From a virus, in IMG/VR virus record IMGVR_UViG_3300034101_003424, positions 1 through 64,000 of that record: DNA of 64,000 bases. The stretch is one strand, 5' to 3'. Both the position numbers and the translations under genes were made by a program. Below, piece by piece: positions 21,641-31,933 of the stretch (position 1 is its first letter; the number at the start of each line of letters is the position of its first letter). Under the pieces are notes generated by a model. That model did not search any database and was not told where the DNA came from. It saw only the letters and a list, made by a program, of their open reading frames with translations.

Positions 21641-23527
21641 TTATGTTAAATTTACTACTCTTCCTAATATGTCTCTGTTCTTATACTTAACTTCAAAAAT
21701 TGAAGGATCTAATGCGGGGTATAATATATTATTCCTAGTTGCTGTAGCTATATCATAGTAATTACCGGAATATCCTTCATCCTCCTTGTATTTATTATGT
21801 ATATCAAATGCTAGTATATTTTTCACTCCCTGTACATCTTTGATTAAGCACATAACTTCACTTATATAAATAGGTTGACCTATCTGCATTTTATCATTAG
21901 AAAAGTAATCTCTAAGATTAGATAAGCATTGTAAAAGAACTTCATTTGAATTATATGTAGCGGATGTTAATATTTCAAAACTTATAGCTATGTTTATAAT
22001 AAAAGCATCTCTTATATTTATAGCGTCAGTTAACATCCTGTATTGTAATAGATAATTTTTAAGATTCATTTTTACTGCCATATTTAAAGGGCTAAAGTTC
22101 TTATTATTATCGTATCCTAATAAATACAAATTAAGTGATAATGGATTTGGAATAAAATCAAATGTTCCATAAGCTCTAGTTTGAGCATCCCTTTCAATGT
22201 GAGCTTTAGCTACTGCTCCAAACTTCGGAGGCAAAGTGTAACATCTGACCATGTAGTCATCTTTTGTTACTGCTCTGTTCTGAGAAGCAAAGTGATTTAT
22301 AGCTTCTTCTCTTAATGTTTCTATTGGTTTATCTGATATACCTCCTCTAGCTGGTTCCGGATTGTTTATGACAAGGGAACCTATAGATGCATTATATAAA
22401 GTCGAGTCTAAAGCACCTAAAGGAGTTAGTACGTTTATTGATGATATAGTAGTTATTGAGTTTGCTGAAACGTTATCCGGAATACCTCCTCCGATGGCGT
22501 ATTGTACTGTAAGAGTGGTGTTAGAAGGAGCTGATCCGTAAGTTTTTGTGTATAAAAAATTTTCCGGGGATATACTTAAATCAACAACTCTTTCAAAATA
22601 ATTTAATCCAGACCCTACATTAAAAGGATTAGGAACAATTTCTTCATCGACTTCACTGCTAACGCCACCTCCAAATTGTATTTCAGTTCTATCATCTAAT
22701 CTAAGCCTAGTTACAAATCTTCTTTCTGTTTGTAAATAAGTTAATAAATAAGGTGCAGAATCTCTGTATTGCGACAAATTTTGGTCATTATGCGGTAAAT
22801 TTTGTACAGGAATTGGTATAGTATCTTGAGCTAAATAAGGCACTTCATACCACTTATTTCCATCTGAATCTGTTACGCTTAATATTTCAAGAACATTATT
22901 TTCAGGTAAGGTGATTTTATCATAAGGTTTAGGTGCTGCAAAACTAAACTGTCTTGATAAAATAGTTCCAGATACTGCTTTTACTTTTTTCCTAAATAGA
23001 TAATTTTCTACTTCTCCTGCATTATCAATAGAATAAACAGATATTTCGGTAGGGTCTAAAGAAGAACTGTACCTAAAATCGACAGATTCAATTGTTCTAA
23101 ATGTTATATTTTCTCCACTTGTAGCTACTAAACTAGAATCTATAGATAAAGCATACTTGAAATCAGGTTTGTTATTAGGTCCATTTCCGGTAGAAGGAAC
23201 TACTTGATAGATATCTAAATCTACTGATGCTCCTGTTATTAAAGATGGCTTAAATCCTAAAGAGTTAGCAATATTGTATAAATTTATTTTTTCTTGTACA
23301 GTGGATAATAATGATTCTCTTAACTGAATATCAGTGTAAAATGATAGAACATCTCCTACATAAGAAGCTAGTTCTATAAACATCATACCTGGAGAGGCTT
23401 CATTAAAATCATTATATGTATCAGGAAAGTAATTTTTAGAAAAATCTATTAAAGATTGTCTGAATTCTCCAAAATCTTTATTTACATATTTTACATCCTT
23501 ACTAATTAAATTACTTCTTTTACTCAT
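21641..23527 (-). CDS. Baseplate wedge subunit (T4 gp6 / baseplate J-like)
   Basis: KDFGEFRQSL, DFNEASPGMMFIELASYVGDVLSFY, EIQFG.G, Y..GGG, ARGG...ETLR, QNRAVTKDDY. Confidence 0.88.
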   Translation of the reverse strand: MSKRSNLISKDVKYVNKDFGEFRQSLIDFSKNYFPDTYNDFNEASPGMMFIELASYVGDVLSFYTDIQLRESLLSTVQEKINLYNIANSLGFKPSLITGASVDLDIYQVVPSTGNGPNNKPDFKYALSIDSSLVATSGENITFRTIESVDFRYSSSLDPTEISVYSIDNAGEVENYLFRKKVKAVSGTILSRQFSFAAPKPYDKITLPENNVLEILSVTDSDGNKWYEVPYLAQDTIPIPVQNLPHNDQNLSQYRDSAPYLLTYLQTERRFVTRLRLDDRTEIQFGGGVSSEVDEEIVPNPFNVGSGLNYFERVVDLSISPENFLYTKTYGSAPSNTTLTVQYAIGGGIPDNVSANSITTISSINVLTPLGALDSTLYNASIGSLVINNPEPARGGISDKPIETLREEAINHFASQNRAVTKDDYMVRCYTLPPKFGAVAKAHIERDAQTRAYGTFDFIPNPLSLNLYLLGYDNNKNFSPLNMAVKMNLKNYLLQYRMLTDAINIRDAFIINIAISFEILTSATYNSNEVLLQCLSNLRDYFSNDKMQIGQPIYISEVMCLIKDVQGVKNILAFDIHNKYKEDEGYSGNYYDIATATRNNILYPALDPSIFEVKYKNRDILGRVVNLT

Positions 23528-23529
23528 TT

Positions 23530-24042
23530 TTATAATATTTCAGCGGCTAAATCATTACCCGAATTATAGATTACTACTGTTCTATTGGCGCCTCGTTCTG
23601 TAACAGAAAATGTTATTCTCACATTAACTGAATTTTCTTGCTCTGAATACCCGTAGTTTTGATTACCTCCAATACCTACACTTAAATCTTTAAGAACTAT
23701 ATAAGGAAGCCAAAATCCTATATCTTCCTCTAGTGAAGACTCTAAAAAACCTCTATTAAACGAACTGTTTTGCTCAAAAACAAAATCTCTGAGAATTGTT
23801 CCAAAATTAGGTTGCATATATCGCTCACTTTTTCTAGTCATTAGTAAATTTATTAAATTACTAATTGCTTGCTCTTCGGTAGTGTAGGATAGTTTAAAAG
23901 GTCCTACATCTCTTGATGGTTTTTTGTTGTAAGCTTCTAAAGCACTTTTAACAAATGTATTTCTATTAAAAGGTAATAAAATTCCAACGGCTTTGTCTAA
24001 TTTCGTATCAGGCGGATATGCCTTGTATATTATTCTAGCCAT
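23530..24042 (-). CDS. Baseplate wedge protein gp25-like
   Basis: QAISNLINLLMTRKSERYMQPNFGTILRDFVFE...WLPYI; adjacent to the gp6-like gene. Confidence 0.88.
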   Translation of the reverse strand: MARIIYKAYPPDTKLDKAVGILLPFNRNTFVKSALEAYNKKPSRDVGPFKLSYTTEEQAISNLINLLMTRKSERYMQPNFGTILRDFVFEQNSSFNRGFLESSLEEDIGFWLPYIVLKDLSVGIGGNQNYGYSEQENSVNVRITFSVTERGANRTVVIYNSGNDLAAEIL

Positions 24043-24440
24043 TATTTTATTTTTTCTGCTTTTTTCAATACCGGTGTATAATTTCTAGAAAGTAATTTAC
24101 TCATTAGATTACCTCCTTCTGATGAGGGTAATACAACTTTTCCATCCATATCAACTAAAGGTTCGTGTGAATAGTTAGATATACTCATATTTTCAGTAGT
24201 TACTGAAGGACCATAATCCATATCCGAACTGTTAAAAGGCGTAGTTCCTGATAGAAGAGAGTCTAAAGAACTATTAGATTTAATTGGTCTTTGTTCTCTA
24301 GTATAAGTATTTTCTACTACCTTGCTTGTATTTTTACTATTTAAATTATTAAATTCTTCTCTAATTATAGATTTTATCTCCTTTTTTAATTCTTGAGATA
24401 TTTCTTTTACTAAGTATTTTATAAGTGAATTCTTGTCCAT
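24042..24440 (-). CDS. Hypothetical protein
   Basis: Intact ORF with late-promoter motif immediately upstream. Confidence 0.6.
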   Translation of the reverse strand: MDKNSLIKYLVKEISQELKKEIKSIIREEFNNLNSKNTSKVVENTYTREQRPIKSNSSLDSLLSGTTPFNSSDMDYGPSVTTENMSISNYSHEPLVDMDGKVVLPSSEGGNLMSKLLSRNYTPVLKKAEKIK

Positions 24441-24446
24441 GTTTAT

Positions 24447-24454
24447 AATAAATA
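24447..24454 (-). promoter_or_regulatory. Putative late promoter TATTTATT
   Basis: aTATTTATTataaacATG, only 6 nt before the ATG. Confidence 0.65.
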
Positions 24455-24473
24455 TTTAAACTGCATAATAAAT

Positions 24474-26492
24474 TTAAAAATTAACCTCTACTATTTTATT
24501 TAAGTCCACTAATTCGTGAGATAAATGAGCGTAATTATCTTCGTATAAAGTAACTTCTAGTTCTTTTCTTATACAATCTGAATTAACTAATATCTTTTTT
24601 TCTACAAGCATTGATTCTTCTAGTATAAACAAGTTGGTTGAAAGTAATTTTTCTATATCTGTATTATACTTGAATTTATCTCCTACTATATACCAACCAG
24701 GTTTACAATTTTCTTTTATAACTAATATCAAATAAACAACATCTGATACTATTGCTAAGGTTCTTTTACTTTTAAGAATAGAAACTATCTTAAATAAATG
24801 ACCATAGCATTTACCATCAGGGTATATGAAATCTACAGGTATATTAATTAAATCAGTTTCCGGATTAAAAGGAGTACCGGGAAATCCAGGTCCACCCGGT
24901 CCGTTAGGTCCTCCGGGTCCGCCGGGCTGTCCGGGAGCGCTATCCGGATTACCTGTTCCGGGTCCGCTAGGTCCTCCGGGTTCACCAGGTCCACTAGGAT
25001 TTCCGGGAGTTCCAGGTGGTATAGCTGTTCCTTCACCTTGAGGCGTATCGGGCAAATTAGCAGGAGAACCGTCCGGTTCCGTAGAGCTACCTGCGACTTC
25101 CGGAATAGGCTCTGTATTAGAATTACTAGCACCTTCAGGAGTTCCCGGCGGTTTCATTTTGGGGAGAGCGTTGTTAGGATTAATAGAAAAATTAGGTAAG
25201 TCGACAGATGGATTACCTATTGAATTTGCAATAGAATCGGTACCTCCGGGCATATCAGGAGATGCGGTTATAGAACCTCCTGTTTTGCCATCCATTCCCG
25301 GTATGCTATTTGTAAAGCTTGTAGGAGCTACCCTAGATAATCCGTCAGTTCCTAGTTTAAAATTCGAAGGTAATGAGGGAGGTTGTGGAAATCCTTGCGA
25401 ACATCCCCCACCCCAAACACCTCTGCTAGGATTTATAGTGTACTTGGGTCTTAATGATATAATACTAGGTAGTCGTGGGGAAACTAAAGAAGGCCCTCCA
25501 GTAGGAGATGTGGTTATACCTCCTGGGCCTGCTAATGCTTGTACTTCGCTATGTAAGCCTAAAACAAAATCTACAAGGTCATCAAAATCTACATCATGTT
25601 TATCTGTAGTTAGTCGTATTTTTGAAGCAGATAAATACATTGTTTTTTTTGCAATCAACATCATATTATCCGTCTTTGCTTGCATTACAATTCTATCTGC
25701 ATTTGTAGCCGATTGAGCTTTTCTAGAACTTGGAATACTAGATAAAGGAGAAGGACATGCTCTAACAGATACAAATCTTGATAAGGCTTGGTCAGAAGTC
25801 CAATAAGTAGTAGAGAAATCATTAGCTGCGTCTTCTATAGCGTAGGACAATGAATCTTTTATTTCTCTATTGGGTATATCTTTTACTTCATTGGGTAATG
25901 GTTTACTTGGTCCTATAGGTTTATTAGCCACTATAGTTATTGGATTTCCGGGAGTTCCAGACTTCCATGTCGGTTGTACCTCATGTTGTGGATGCGGGCC
26001 TGATCCAATACCTAGCCTTAGAGAAGAGCCGCCTCTACCAGTGAAAGTAGTATCTCCTTCAAAGGGTTGTATAAAGTTAGCGGTGTAGGGTCGTTTAGGG
26101 AAAGTATTTCCGGGAGTAACAAAAGGAGGTGCCGGTTTATTATCAGATGACTTAGATCTATTAGACGCGTGAGGTATTTGATTTATTACGGAATCATTAG
26201 TTGAATTAATAGGTAGAGGAATATAGTATAGTACTTTATCTAAATTTGGAGCATCTGTACCATCATATCCAGTAAGCTCAAAAACAACTACATGTTCTCC
26301 TCGTAAAGGTATATTTCTAAAGTTAGTGAATAAAGGTCTAGCATAGTGAGCGCGAACATTCCCTATTAAAGAATTGGGGTGTAACTTAATTTTTACAGAG
26401 CCTAATGGAAGTGTTCTACCTTTGTCATCTTTTTGATTTTTACCATACGCCTTAGAGGTCTCTATCACTTCCGCCGATACTAAATAGCCCAT
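24474..26492 (-). CDS. Baseplate hub/central spike (gp5/VgrG-like) with Pro/Gly-rich extension and extra C-terminal domain
   Basis: OB-fold-like ARPL.....[13 protein letters not shown]...GR.G.SLRLG, beta-helix-like [22 protein letters not shown]; positioned before gp25/gp6. Confidence 0.65.
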   Translation of the reverse strand: MGYLVSAEVIETSKAYGKNQKDDKGRTLPLGSVKIKLHPNSLIGNVRAHYARPLFTNFRNIPLRGEHVVVFELTGYDGTDAPNLDKVLYYIPLPINSTNDSVINQIPHASNRSKSSDNKPAPPFVTPGNTFPKRPYTANFIQPFEGDTTFTGRGGSSLRLGIGSGPHPQHEVQPTWKSGTPGNPITIVANKPIGPSKPLPNEVKDIPNREIKDSLSYAIEDAANDFSTTYWTSDQALSRFVSVRACPSPLSSIPSSRKAQSATNADRIVMQAKTDNMMLIAKKTMYLSASKIRLTTDKHDVDFDDLVDFVLGLHSEVQALAGPGGITTSPTGGPSLVSPRLPSIISLRPKYTINPSRGVWGGGCSQGFPQPPSLPSNFKLGTDGLSRVAPTSFTNSIPGMDGKTGGSITASPDMPGGTDSIANSIGNPSVDLPNFSINPNNALPKMKPPGTPEGASNSNTEPIPEVAGSSTEPDGSPANLPDTPQGEGTAIPPGTPGNPSGPGEPGGPSGPGTGNPDSAPGQPGGPGGPNGPGGPGFPGTPFNPETDLINIPVDFIYPDGKCYGHLFKIVSILKSKRTLAIVSDVVYLILVIKENCKPGWYIVGDKFKYNTDIEKLLSTNLFILEESMLVEKKILVNSDCIRKELEVTLYEDNYAHLSHELVDLNKIVEVNF

Positions 26493-26904
26493 CTTCTAGT
26501 TGTTTATCTATGTCTTTAAATTCATCTAATAAGTTATCCTCCGCTTTTTGTAGCATCTTTAATTCAGTCAGCTCCTTTTGCGTTTCTTGTGATAACTCTT
26601 GAAGTAGCATTTCTTTTTCTTCTTCTGTTAAGTTAAAATCGCCACTTGATATAGATGAAGCTTTACTATACATTCTTTGTACAATAGCTGCCATTTTTAT
26701 AAGTTGATCGTCATTTTTAACCATCACATCAAAAAATTCTTTAACAACCGGTAGAATAACTACTGCATCATTTACACTTTGTACAACTCCATCTAATCCT
26801 TTTAATGTCTTATCTAATTCTTTTGATCTTTTTTTAGAATTGCCATAAATTTCTTTCAAGAGATTTGACATGCTAAAATCATCAAATAATTTTATATCTT
26901 CCAT
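26452..26904 (-). CDS. Hypothetical helical protein
   Basis: Intact ORF between the sigma-like and spike genes. Confidence 0.6.
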   Translation of the reverse strand: MEDIKLFDDFSMSNLLKEIYGNSKKRSKELDKTLKGLDGVVQSVNDAVVILPVVKEFFDVMVKNDDQLIKMAAIVQRMYSKASSISSGDFNLTEEEKEMLLQELSQETQKELTELKMLQKAEDNLLDEFKDIDKQLEDGLFSIGGSDRDL

Positions 26905-26905
26905 A

Positions 26906-27586
26906 TTATTTCTTCATGTATTTATTAAATTGCAAATCAAAATCTTCTTTAAATATTTTTACTATCTTAGTGATTCTGTTTGTATTTGTCATGGGAATAT
27001 TGGATCTTTCTCTTATTAATACATATAATGCTTTCTTATTAAATGCGTATAAAGATTTTCGATGCTTAAAAATGTCAATGATAGAATCTGCTATGGCTTT
27101 ATCTAAATTATTTTTAAAAGTGCATCTTAATTTTTCATATAATTCTTCGGTCCATAAATTCATAAAGTCATCTAAAGAATCTTTATAATGTCTAGTGACT
27201 ACTTCATTTATTATATCTCTTTCTTCATCTATTTCCCACAATTCCGCTTCTCCGACTCTATTCTTATACCCTTTCTTATTTTCCATGATAAGATAATTTA
27301 TAGCAATCCGGGTAAAAAAAGAATACGCTTTAGCCCTTTCTTCATTATATCTGTGCATTTTTATAGTCAGCATGGAAACTACTTGACAATGTAAATCCTC
27401 ATACGGTAAATCAATGTACATATATTTACCCATGTTTATTAAATTCTCAGCTAGTTTACAAAATGCAGGATATATATTTAATTCGTATAAGTTATTTTTT
27501 TCTTTTTGTGAATCTAGTTTATTATATTCTACTATTGCATTTTGTACTGTGTCATCAAAGTACATTTTTTTCTTTAATTTTTTCAT
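26906..27586 (-). CDS. Late-transcription sigma factor, T4 gp55-like
   Basis: AFCKLAENL, EDL.......L..KMHRYNEE..KAYSFFTRIAINYL resembles sigma region 2 of gp55; no region 4; start reassigned to ATG 27586 because upstream codons lie in a terminator. Confidence 0.7.
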   Translation of the reverse strand: MKKLKKKMYFDDTVQNAIVEYNKLDSQKEKNNLYELNIYPAFCKLAENLINMGKYMYIDLPYEDLHCQVVSMLTIKMHRYNEERAKAYSFFTRIAINYLIMENKKGYKNRVGEAELWEIDEERDIINEVVTRHYKDSLDDFMNLWTEELYEKLRCTFKNNLDKAIADSIIDIFKHRKSLYAFNKKALYVLIRERSNIPMTNTNRITKIVKIFKEDFDLQFNKYMKK

Positions 27587-27596
27587 ATTATATCTA

Positions 27597-27628
27597 TAAA
27601 AAAAAGCCATCTTAAAAGATGACTTTTT
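27597..27628 (-). terminator. Rho-independent terminator
   Basis: Minus strand AGTCATCT-TTTA-AGATGGCT followed by a T-run. Confidence 0.75.
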
Positions 27629-27634
27629 GTGTTA

Positions 27635-27937
27635 CTACTTCTTATCTGCTGTAAAAAGTAAATCTAGTTCCTCTATTGTATGACTTAATTGCTTAAATAC
27701 TGTTCCAACTTCATCGTCTGATTCAAATGCACCTATTCTATCTAAGGTTCTCATTGTGTCTAGCGAATCTCTTACTCTTGATCTTATGGATAGTATTATA
27801 TTAAAGTAATTATCATTTTCTTTTTCTAAATCATTTAAGTATTTCTCTGACTCAATTAGTAATTTTTCATTTTTAGAGAAGTTTACTATGGCTATGTATA
27901 AAAGTATTATGTTTATTATTATTGATAGTATTAGCAT
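27635..27937 (-). CDS. Small membrane-anchored coiled-coil protein
   Basis: N-terminal hydrophobic MLILSIIINIILLYIAIV then coiled coil; start reassigned to ATG 27937. Confidence 0.6.
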   Translation of the reverse strand: MLILSIIINIILLYIAIVNFSKNEKLLIESEKYLNDLEKENDNYFNIILSIRSRVRDSLDTMRTLDRIGAFESDDEVGTVFKQLSHTIEELDLLFTADKK

Positions 27938-27947
27938 GTTTTGTTTT

Positions 27948-28547
27948 TTATGAAGAAACCATTTGTCTTGCTGCATCTGTAGATGCCATGATGATAGATC
28001 CTAAAGTTACTTTTTTTGTTTCTGGGATTTGTAAATATTTGGATGCTGAATCATCGTAAAGCCCCGCTTGAATTTTTATTGCGACGTATTCATTGTATGA
28101 TAAAGTCACATATTTTTGAAGTAGGTATAAAGATTTATCGGACGCTACTAGGAATTTAGTTACATCGTTAAATTTATATCCTCTATTCATATTTTTCTTA
28201 TGCCAGTCAGAAGTTTCCTCTACAAAGAAAGGGTCTTCGTCTACTCCGCACAACCCGATAGAATTAAACAATGAAGCTATCGTAAATTCCTCTAAATTAA
28301 AATCTAATGCAATGTCGGTAGATTTATATAATTTACAAAGACCTAATCCAAAATTATAGGTATTAATTGAAAACTGTAATAACCCTCCTTGGTAACAATA
28401 GTTATTGTCTAAAAACATTGAAGCAGGAGCGCTTTTTAATGTAGTTTCATAGTCTGCTAGTAACTTTAGGAAATTTTCTTTTCTTCCGCTAGCTACGCGT
28501 AAATCTAATAAATCTGTAAATTCTTTAAACAATTCTTCCGATTTCAT
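27948..28547 (-). CDS. HD-domain (YhaM-like) protein with degenerate metal-binding motifs
   Basis: APAS...GGLL, SLFNSIG (for LHDLGK), DKSLYLLQ, AIKIQAGLY (for AI..HDG.Y). Confidence 0.6.
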   Translation of the reverse strand: MKSEELFKEFTDLLDLRVASGRKENFLKLLADYETTLKSAPASMFLDNNYCYQGGLLQFSINTYNFGLGLCKLYKSTDIALDFNLEEFTIASLFNSIGLCGVDEDPFFVEETSDWHKKNMNRGYKFNDVTKFLVASDKSLYLLQKYVTLSYNEYVAIKIQAGLYDDSASKYLQIPETKKVTLGSIIMASTDAARQMVSS

Positions 28548-28629
28548 AAAACTTTTTTTTGTGTAACAATTTATTATAAGATTTTGTTTATTTCATTCCA
28601 CTCTTTTATCTGAGCTGGAGACATGTTTC

Positions 28630-30135
28630 TTAGCTCCGATTCAGAAAGTTTTTTTTTACATTAGCTTTAGGCTCTCTATAATTTCTACTTTTTGATTTAT
28701 TTATAGAAGGTATTATTATAATTTCTTCTTCCGGTTCTCCTGAAGATATATCGTAATCTTCATCTATTGCCTCAAATGTAATATCTTCTACTACATCTGA
28801 TTCTATTTCTTCTTGTGTAATGTTTTCAAAACTTCCGGTAACTACTTCTTCCAATCTAACTTGTTCTGCAAGTGCTGTATCAGAATATGAGTAAACTTCA
28901 TTAAAAAATCCTTTTACTATGGTCATATCTTCAAATTCATTAATAGACTCTATACTATTATTTTTTACTTTATTCTTACTTCCTGTAGGTCTTCCTCTTC
29001 TTTTTGGTTTTGGAAATGCCTCCATGTACCTTGACCAGGAAAAATCACCTTGAAAGTTATTTGGATTTGTAGGAACTATTGAACCACTTACCAAGTGTTC
29101 AAAAGAGCTTGTAAATTCAGCAAAAGAACTAGTGATTTTTAACTTTTCATTAAAATCATCAATATACTTTGTATCTTCTTTTGTCAAATCATCCGAGTAA
29201 AATTCTGCTAAAGGGCTTCTCTCTTTCGGTTTTTCTGGAATAGGATTCTCTTCAATATTATCAGAATCTTTTTCATCTTCTTCTAGTATTACTTTTTGTG
29301 TGAAATGATAGGCGGTTAAAAGAGCAATAGCTAAGGGGTCCGCTAAAAATACAATAACCATTAGAAACCAAAATAGTACCTTGTCTAAACTTGTATTAGT
29401 AACTTCGGAAAGGTAAATTAGGGGACCAAGTTCTACAGCTACTTCATTACTTGATTTTATTTCTATAATCTTTGTTTCGTAACTAAATATGGAATCAGAA
29501 ATGTTTGTGATGTCCACATATACTCCGTCTCTTCTGCTCTCCATTTTTCCAATGTCAGAGTTAAGACCTTCTACTTGTTGTAAATAATCCTTTCTTGTAG
29601 ATGCATTTGATTTTGATGATGTTCTTCCCCTGCTATCTACATAAACATCTTTTGAATCACTCATCATTCCAGAAGATGTTGTGTTCCTTTGCAATCTTGT
29701 TTGAGCGATGTCAGAAATAATTTGCTTATATTCATTTTGCAGATCATTCTTTTTATCGATGAAGAATTTCTTTTTCTCTTCAACTAATGCAACTTCCGAT
29801 TTAGATGCCATGAGCTTATTCTTGTTCTCGGTATATGCTTGAGAAAGAATGCCATAGACTCCGGAAGATGTTACAAAAATGACAAGGAATAAGAAAATTA
29901 ATCCCCCCACTTTATATCCTAATGTTAGTTTATGCCAGTACCTATGAAGAAATGATGCGATGACAAGTTTTGATATTTCTATTCCGGCGCCTAAAAGAAT
30001 TATTGCCATGCCTGCTCCGGCGAAAACTTGGGCTAATCCTTTTACAGAGAAAAAACCTACAACGGAAGCTAGGAAAATAGCGCAGGTTAAAAGAAGATAA
30101 GATATTCTTTTTTGTGTTTTTAAGTCTTTGGTCAT
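28630..30135 (-). CDS. Multi-pass membrane protein with coiled coil, AT-hook and acidic tail
   Basis: Three N-terminal TM segments, coiled coil, ELGPLIYLS + TM ending ADPLAI, KPKRRGRPTGSKNK; start reassigned to ATG 30135 (after the promoter). Confidence 0.75.
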   Translation of the reverse strand: MTKDLKTQKRISYLLLTCAIFLASVVGFFSVKGLAQVFAGAGMAIILLGAGIEISKLVIASFLHRYWHKLTLGYKVGGLIFLFLVIFVTSSGVYGILSQAYTENKNKLMASKSEVALVEEKKKFFIDKKNDLQNEYKQIISDIAQTRLQRNTTSSGMMSDSKDVYVDSRGRTSSKSNASTRKDYLQQVEGLNSDIGKMESRRDGVYVDITNISDSIFSYETKIIEIKSSNEVAVELGPLIYLSEVTNTSLDKVLFWFLMVIVFLADPLAIALLTAYHFTQKVILEEDEKDSDNIEENPIPEKPKERSPLAEFYSDDLTKEDTKYIDDFNEKLKITSSFAEFTSSFEHLVSGSIVPTNPNNFQGDFSWSRYMEAFPKPKRRGRPTGSKNKVKNNSIESINEFEDMTIVKGFFNEVYSYSDTALAEQVRLEEVVTGSFENITQEEIESDVVEDITFEAIDEDYDISSGEPEEEIIIIPSINKSKSRNYREPKANVKKNFLNRS

Positions 30136-30148
30136 GTTATTTTTTTTA

Positions 30149-30179
30149 CAAAGGTAGTCAATTTTTTTGAACAATCAAC
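30149..30179 (-). promoter_or_regulatory. Bacteroidota-type primary-sigma promoter
   Basis: GTTG-N19-TACCTTTG matches the (T)TTG-N19-21-TAnnTTTG consensus. Confidence 0.75.
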
Positions 30180-30567
30180 TTTTTTTGCATTTTTTTTAGT
30201 ATCTACATGTTTTTACATGAATGCTATGTAATATAAAGAAAACAATTACATATATAATTATGTTAGATTTGCATGTTATTGATGTTATCATTTTGTTTTA
30301 AAGATATAAAAGAGCATTAAACATGAATATACATTTAGACATGGTGCATGTTAACATAATTTTTTTGACAATGGTTGAATGTTTAGATGTAATCATGAAA
30401 TTTTAACATTTTATTAACATGTAGATTTTTGGAGGGGATGCTAAAAGTAAAATCAAGCCCCCCAGTAAAATAAAAAAATTAAAAAAGACATGTAAAATCT
30501 ATTTATAGTAAAACATGTAACAAACATTTATTGATAATTGATTATAAATTAAAACACATTACACATT
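30180..30567. other. Divergent AT-rich intergenic region with 10 CATG sites; candidate replication origin/control region
   Basis: CATG at 30206, 30216, 30272, 30322, 30340, 30347, 30394, 30418, 30489, 30514; longest non-coding stretch in the window; located at the strand switch. Confidence 0.5.
30500..30507 (+). promoter_or_regulatory. Putative late promoter TATTTATA
   Basis: cTATTTATAgtaaa flanked by two ACATGT palindromes; 60 nt before ATG 30568. Confidence 0.5.
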
Positions 30568-30927
30568 ATGACAACAATGATAAAAGCATTATCAGATTTT
30601 GAACACATGGGCCACATGGTATATCTAAAAAAGATATTCCCGGAAGCATTCTTTAAAATAAAATCATTTACAGTACATTTTAAAGAGAAAGAAAATTTAA
30701 TACCCGTAGGAGGAGACGATGGAGAGGTTAGAGCAGAAATAACATTATGTCCATCTATAAAATGTCAATTCTACATTTATGCGAATAAAGATGTTTTTGA
30801 CAATAAGGGAAACGCCCTAGTACCGTACCTTATAGATTTGGATGTAGATGAGAACAATGATGTAGAAGATTTGTTAGATAAACTAAAACAAATGCTACAG
30901 GATGAATTTAAAGAAAAAATTGAATGA
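30568..30927 (+). CDS. Hypothetical protein
   Basis: Intact ORF, first gene of the right arm. Confidence 0.6.
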   Translation: MTTMIKALSDFEHMGHMVYLKKIFPEAFFKIKSFTVHFKEKENLIPVGGDDGEVRAEITLCPSIKCQFYIYANKDVFDNKGNALVPYLIDLDVDENNDVEDLLDKLKQMLQDEFKEKIE

Positions 30928-31462
30928 CACATTATCTTTCATGTCGGAGCATGATAGAGTATTGTTTCTTTACAACAACATCTTACTAAAAAATCCCGAC
31001 GAAAATTTTGATTTAAATAGGGAGACATTTAACATGCTATTTTCTGCTGATCCCGAGAATTCTGACATTTTTGACAACATGTCGGGAGATGCCACTGAAG
31101 CAGATGACTTTTTTACATTCTTAGACGACAATGAGGAGTCTTTTGATGCTTTCTCTTACTCTGATGAAGAACTAGATGGTTTTTTAGATGGGATGGATGA
31201 TGAATTAGATTATATAGAGTCCGAAGATGATGTACAAGTAGAAGTTTTAGTACATGGAAACATCTTGGTTTTGTTTTCCAATTCCGAAGATGACATAAAT
31301 TCATATATCTATAATTATTGCTTTTTAGAAGGGTATATTTTCACAAAGATAGCTGATTCTGAAGTAAAAAACATAAAGTCTTTTGATGTAGTAACCGGAT
31401 ACAAGCATAAAACAGTTTTAAAAGTACACGGAAAATTAGAAAATGATATATGTTACAATTAA
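30902..31462 (+). CDS. Hypothetical acidic protein
   Basis: Intact ORF with very D/E-rich middle. Confidence 0.6.
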   Translation: MNLKKKLNDTLSFMSEHDRVLFLYNNILLKNPDENFDLNRETFNMLFSADPENSDIFDNMSGDATEADDFFTFLDDNEESFDAFSYSDEELDGFLDGMDDELDYIESEDDVQVEVLVHGNILVLFSNSEDDINSYIYNYCFLEGYIFTKIADSEVKNIKSFDVVTGYKHKTVLKVHGKLENDICYN

Positions 31463-31534
31463 TTTAACATAAAATGGCATATAATTTGAACATCTCAATA
31501 TAGTTATTATTAGTTAACTCTTAAAATTAATAAA

Positions 31535-31915
31535 ATGGCAAATTTTGATGATTTAGGTTACGACGAAGTGGTAGACACTATCTGCGACGTAATTGACTTA
31601 GGAAAAAATGTAAAAAACGTATTTGCTGACGGATTCCAAGTAATTCCTGATCTTATCGCGTTGACTCCTGAATTCTTTAAAGTTCAAGAGATTATTTCTG
31701 ACGCTCCCTTGGCAATCAACCAACTTAAAAATTTGAGTGTGGAAGAAGCTAAAAAGGCACACGCAGAAATTTCAAAACGTACAGGTGTAGCTCAAGACAA
31801 AGTAGTTGATACAGTTACTAAGGGCTTCGGCATTGTAGTAGAATTGTATGAAGTATTCGCTTGGAATCAGGCGAAGTTCTATGCAATCAAGACAAAAATA
31901 CAGGACTTAGCTTAA
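31535..31915 (+). CDS. Hypothetical helical protein
   Basis: Intact ORF followed by a strong terminator. Confidence 0.65.
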   Translation: MANFDDLGYDEVVDTICDVIDLGKNVKNVFADGFQVIPDLIALTPEFFKVQEIISDAPLAINQLKNLSVEEAKKAHAEISKRTGVAQDKVVDTVTKGFGIVVELYEVFAWNQAKFYAIKTKIQDLA

Positions 31916-31933
31916 CCTAACGACTAACTTTAC

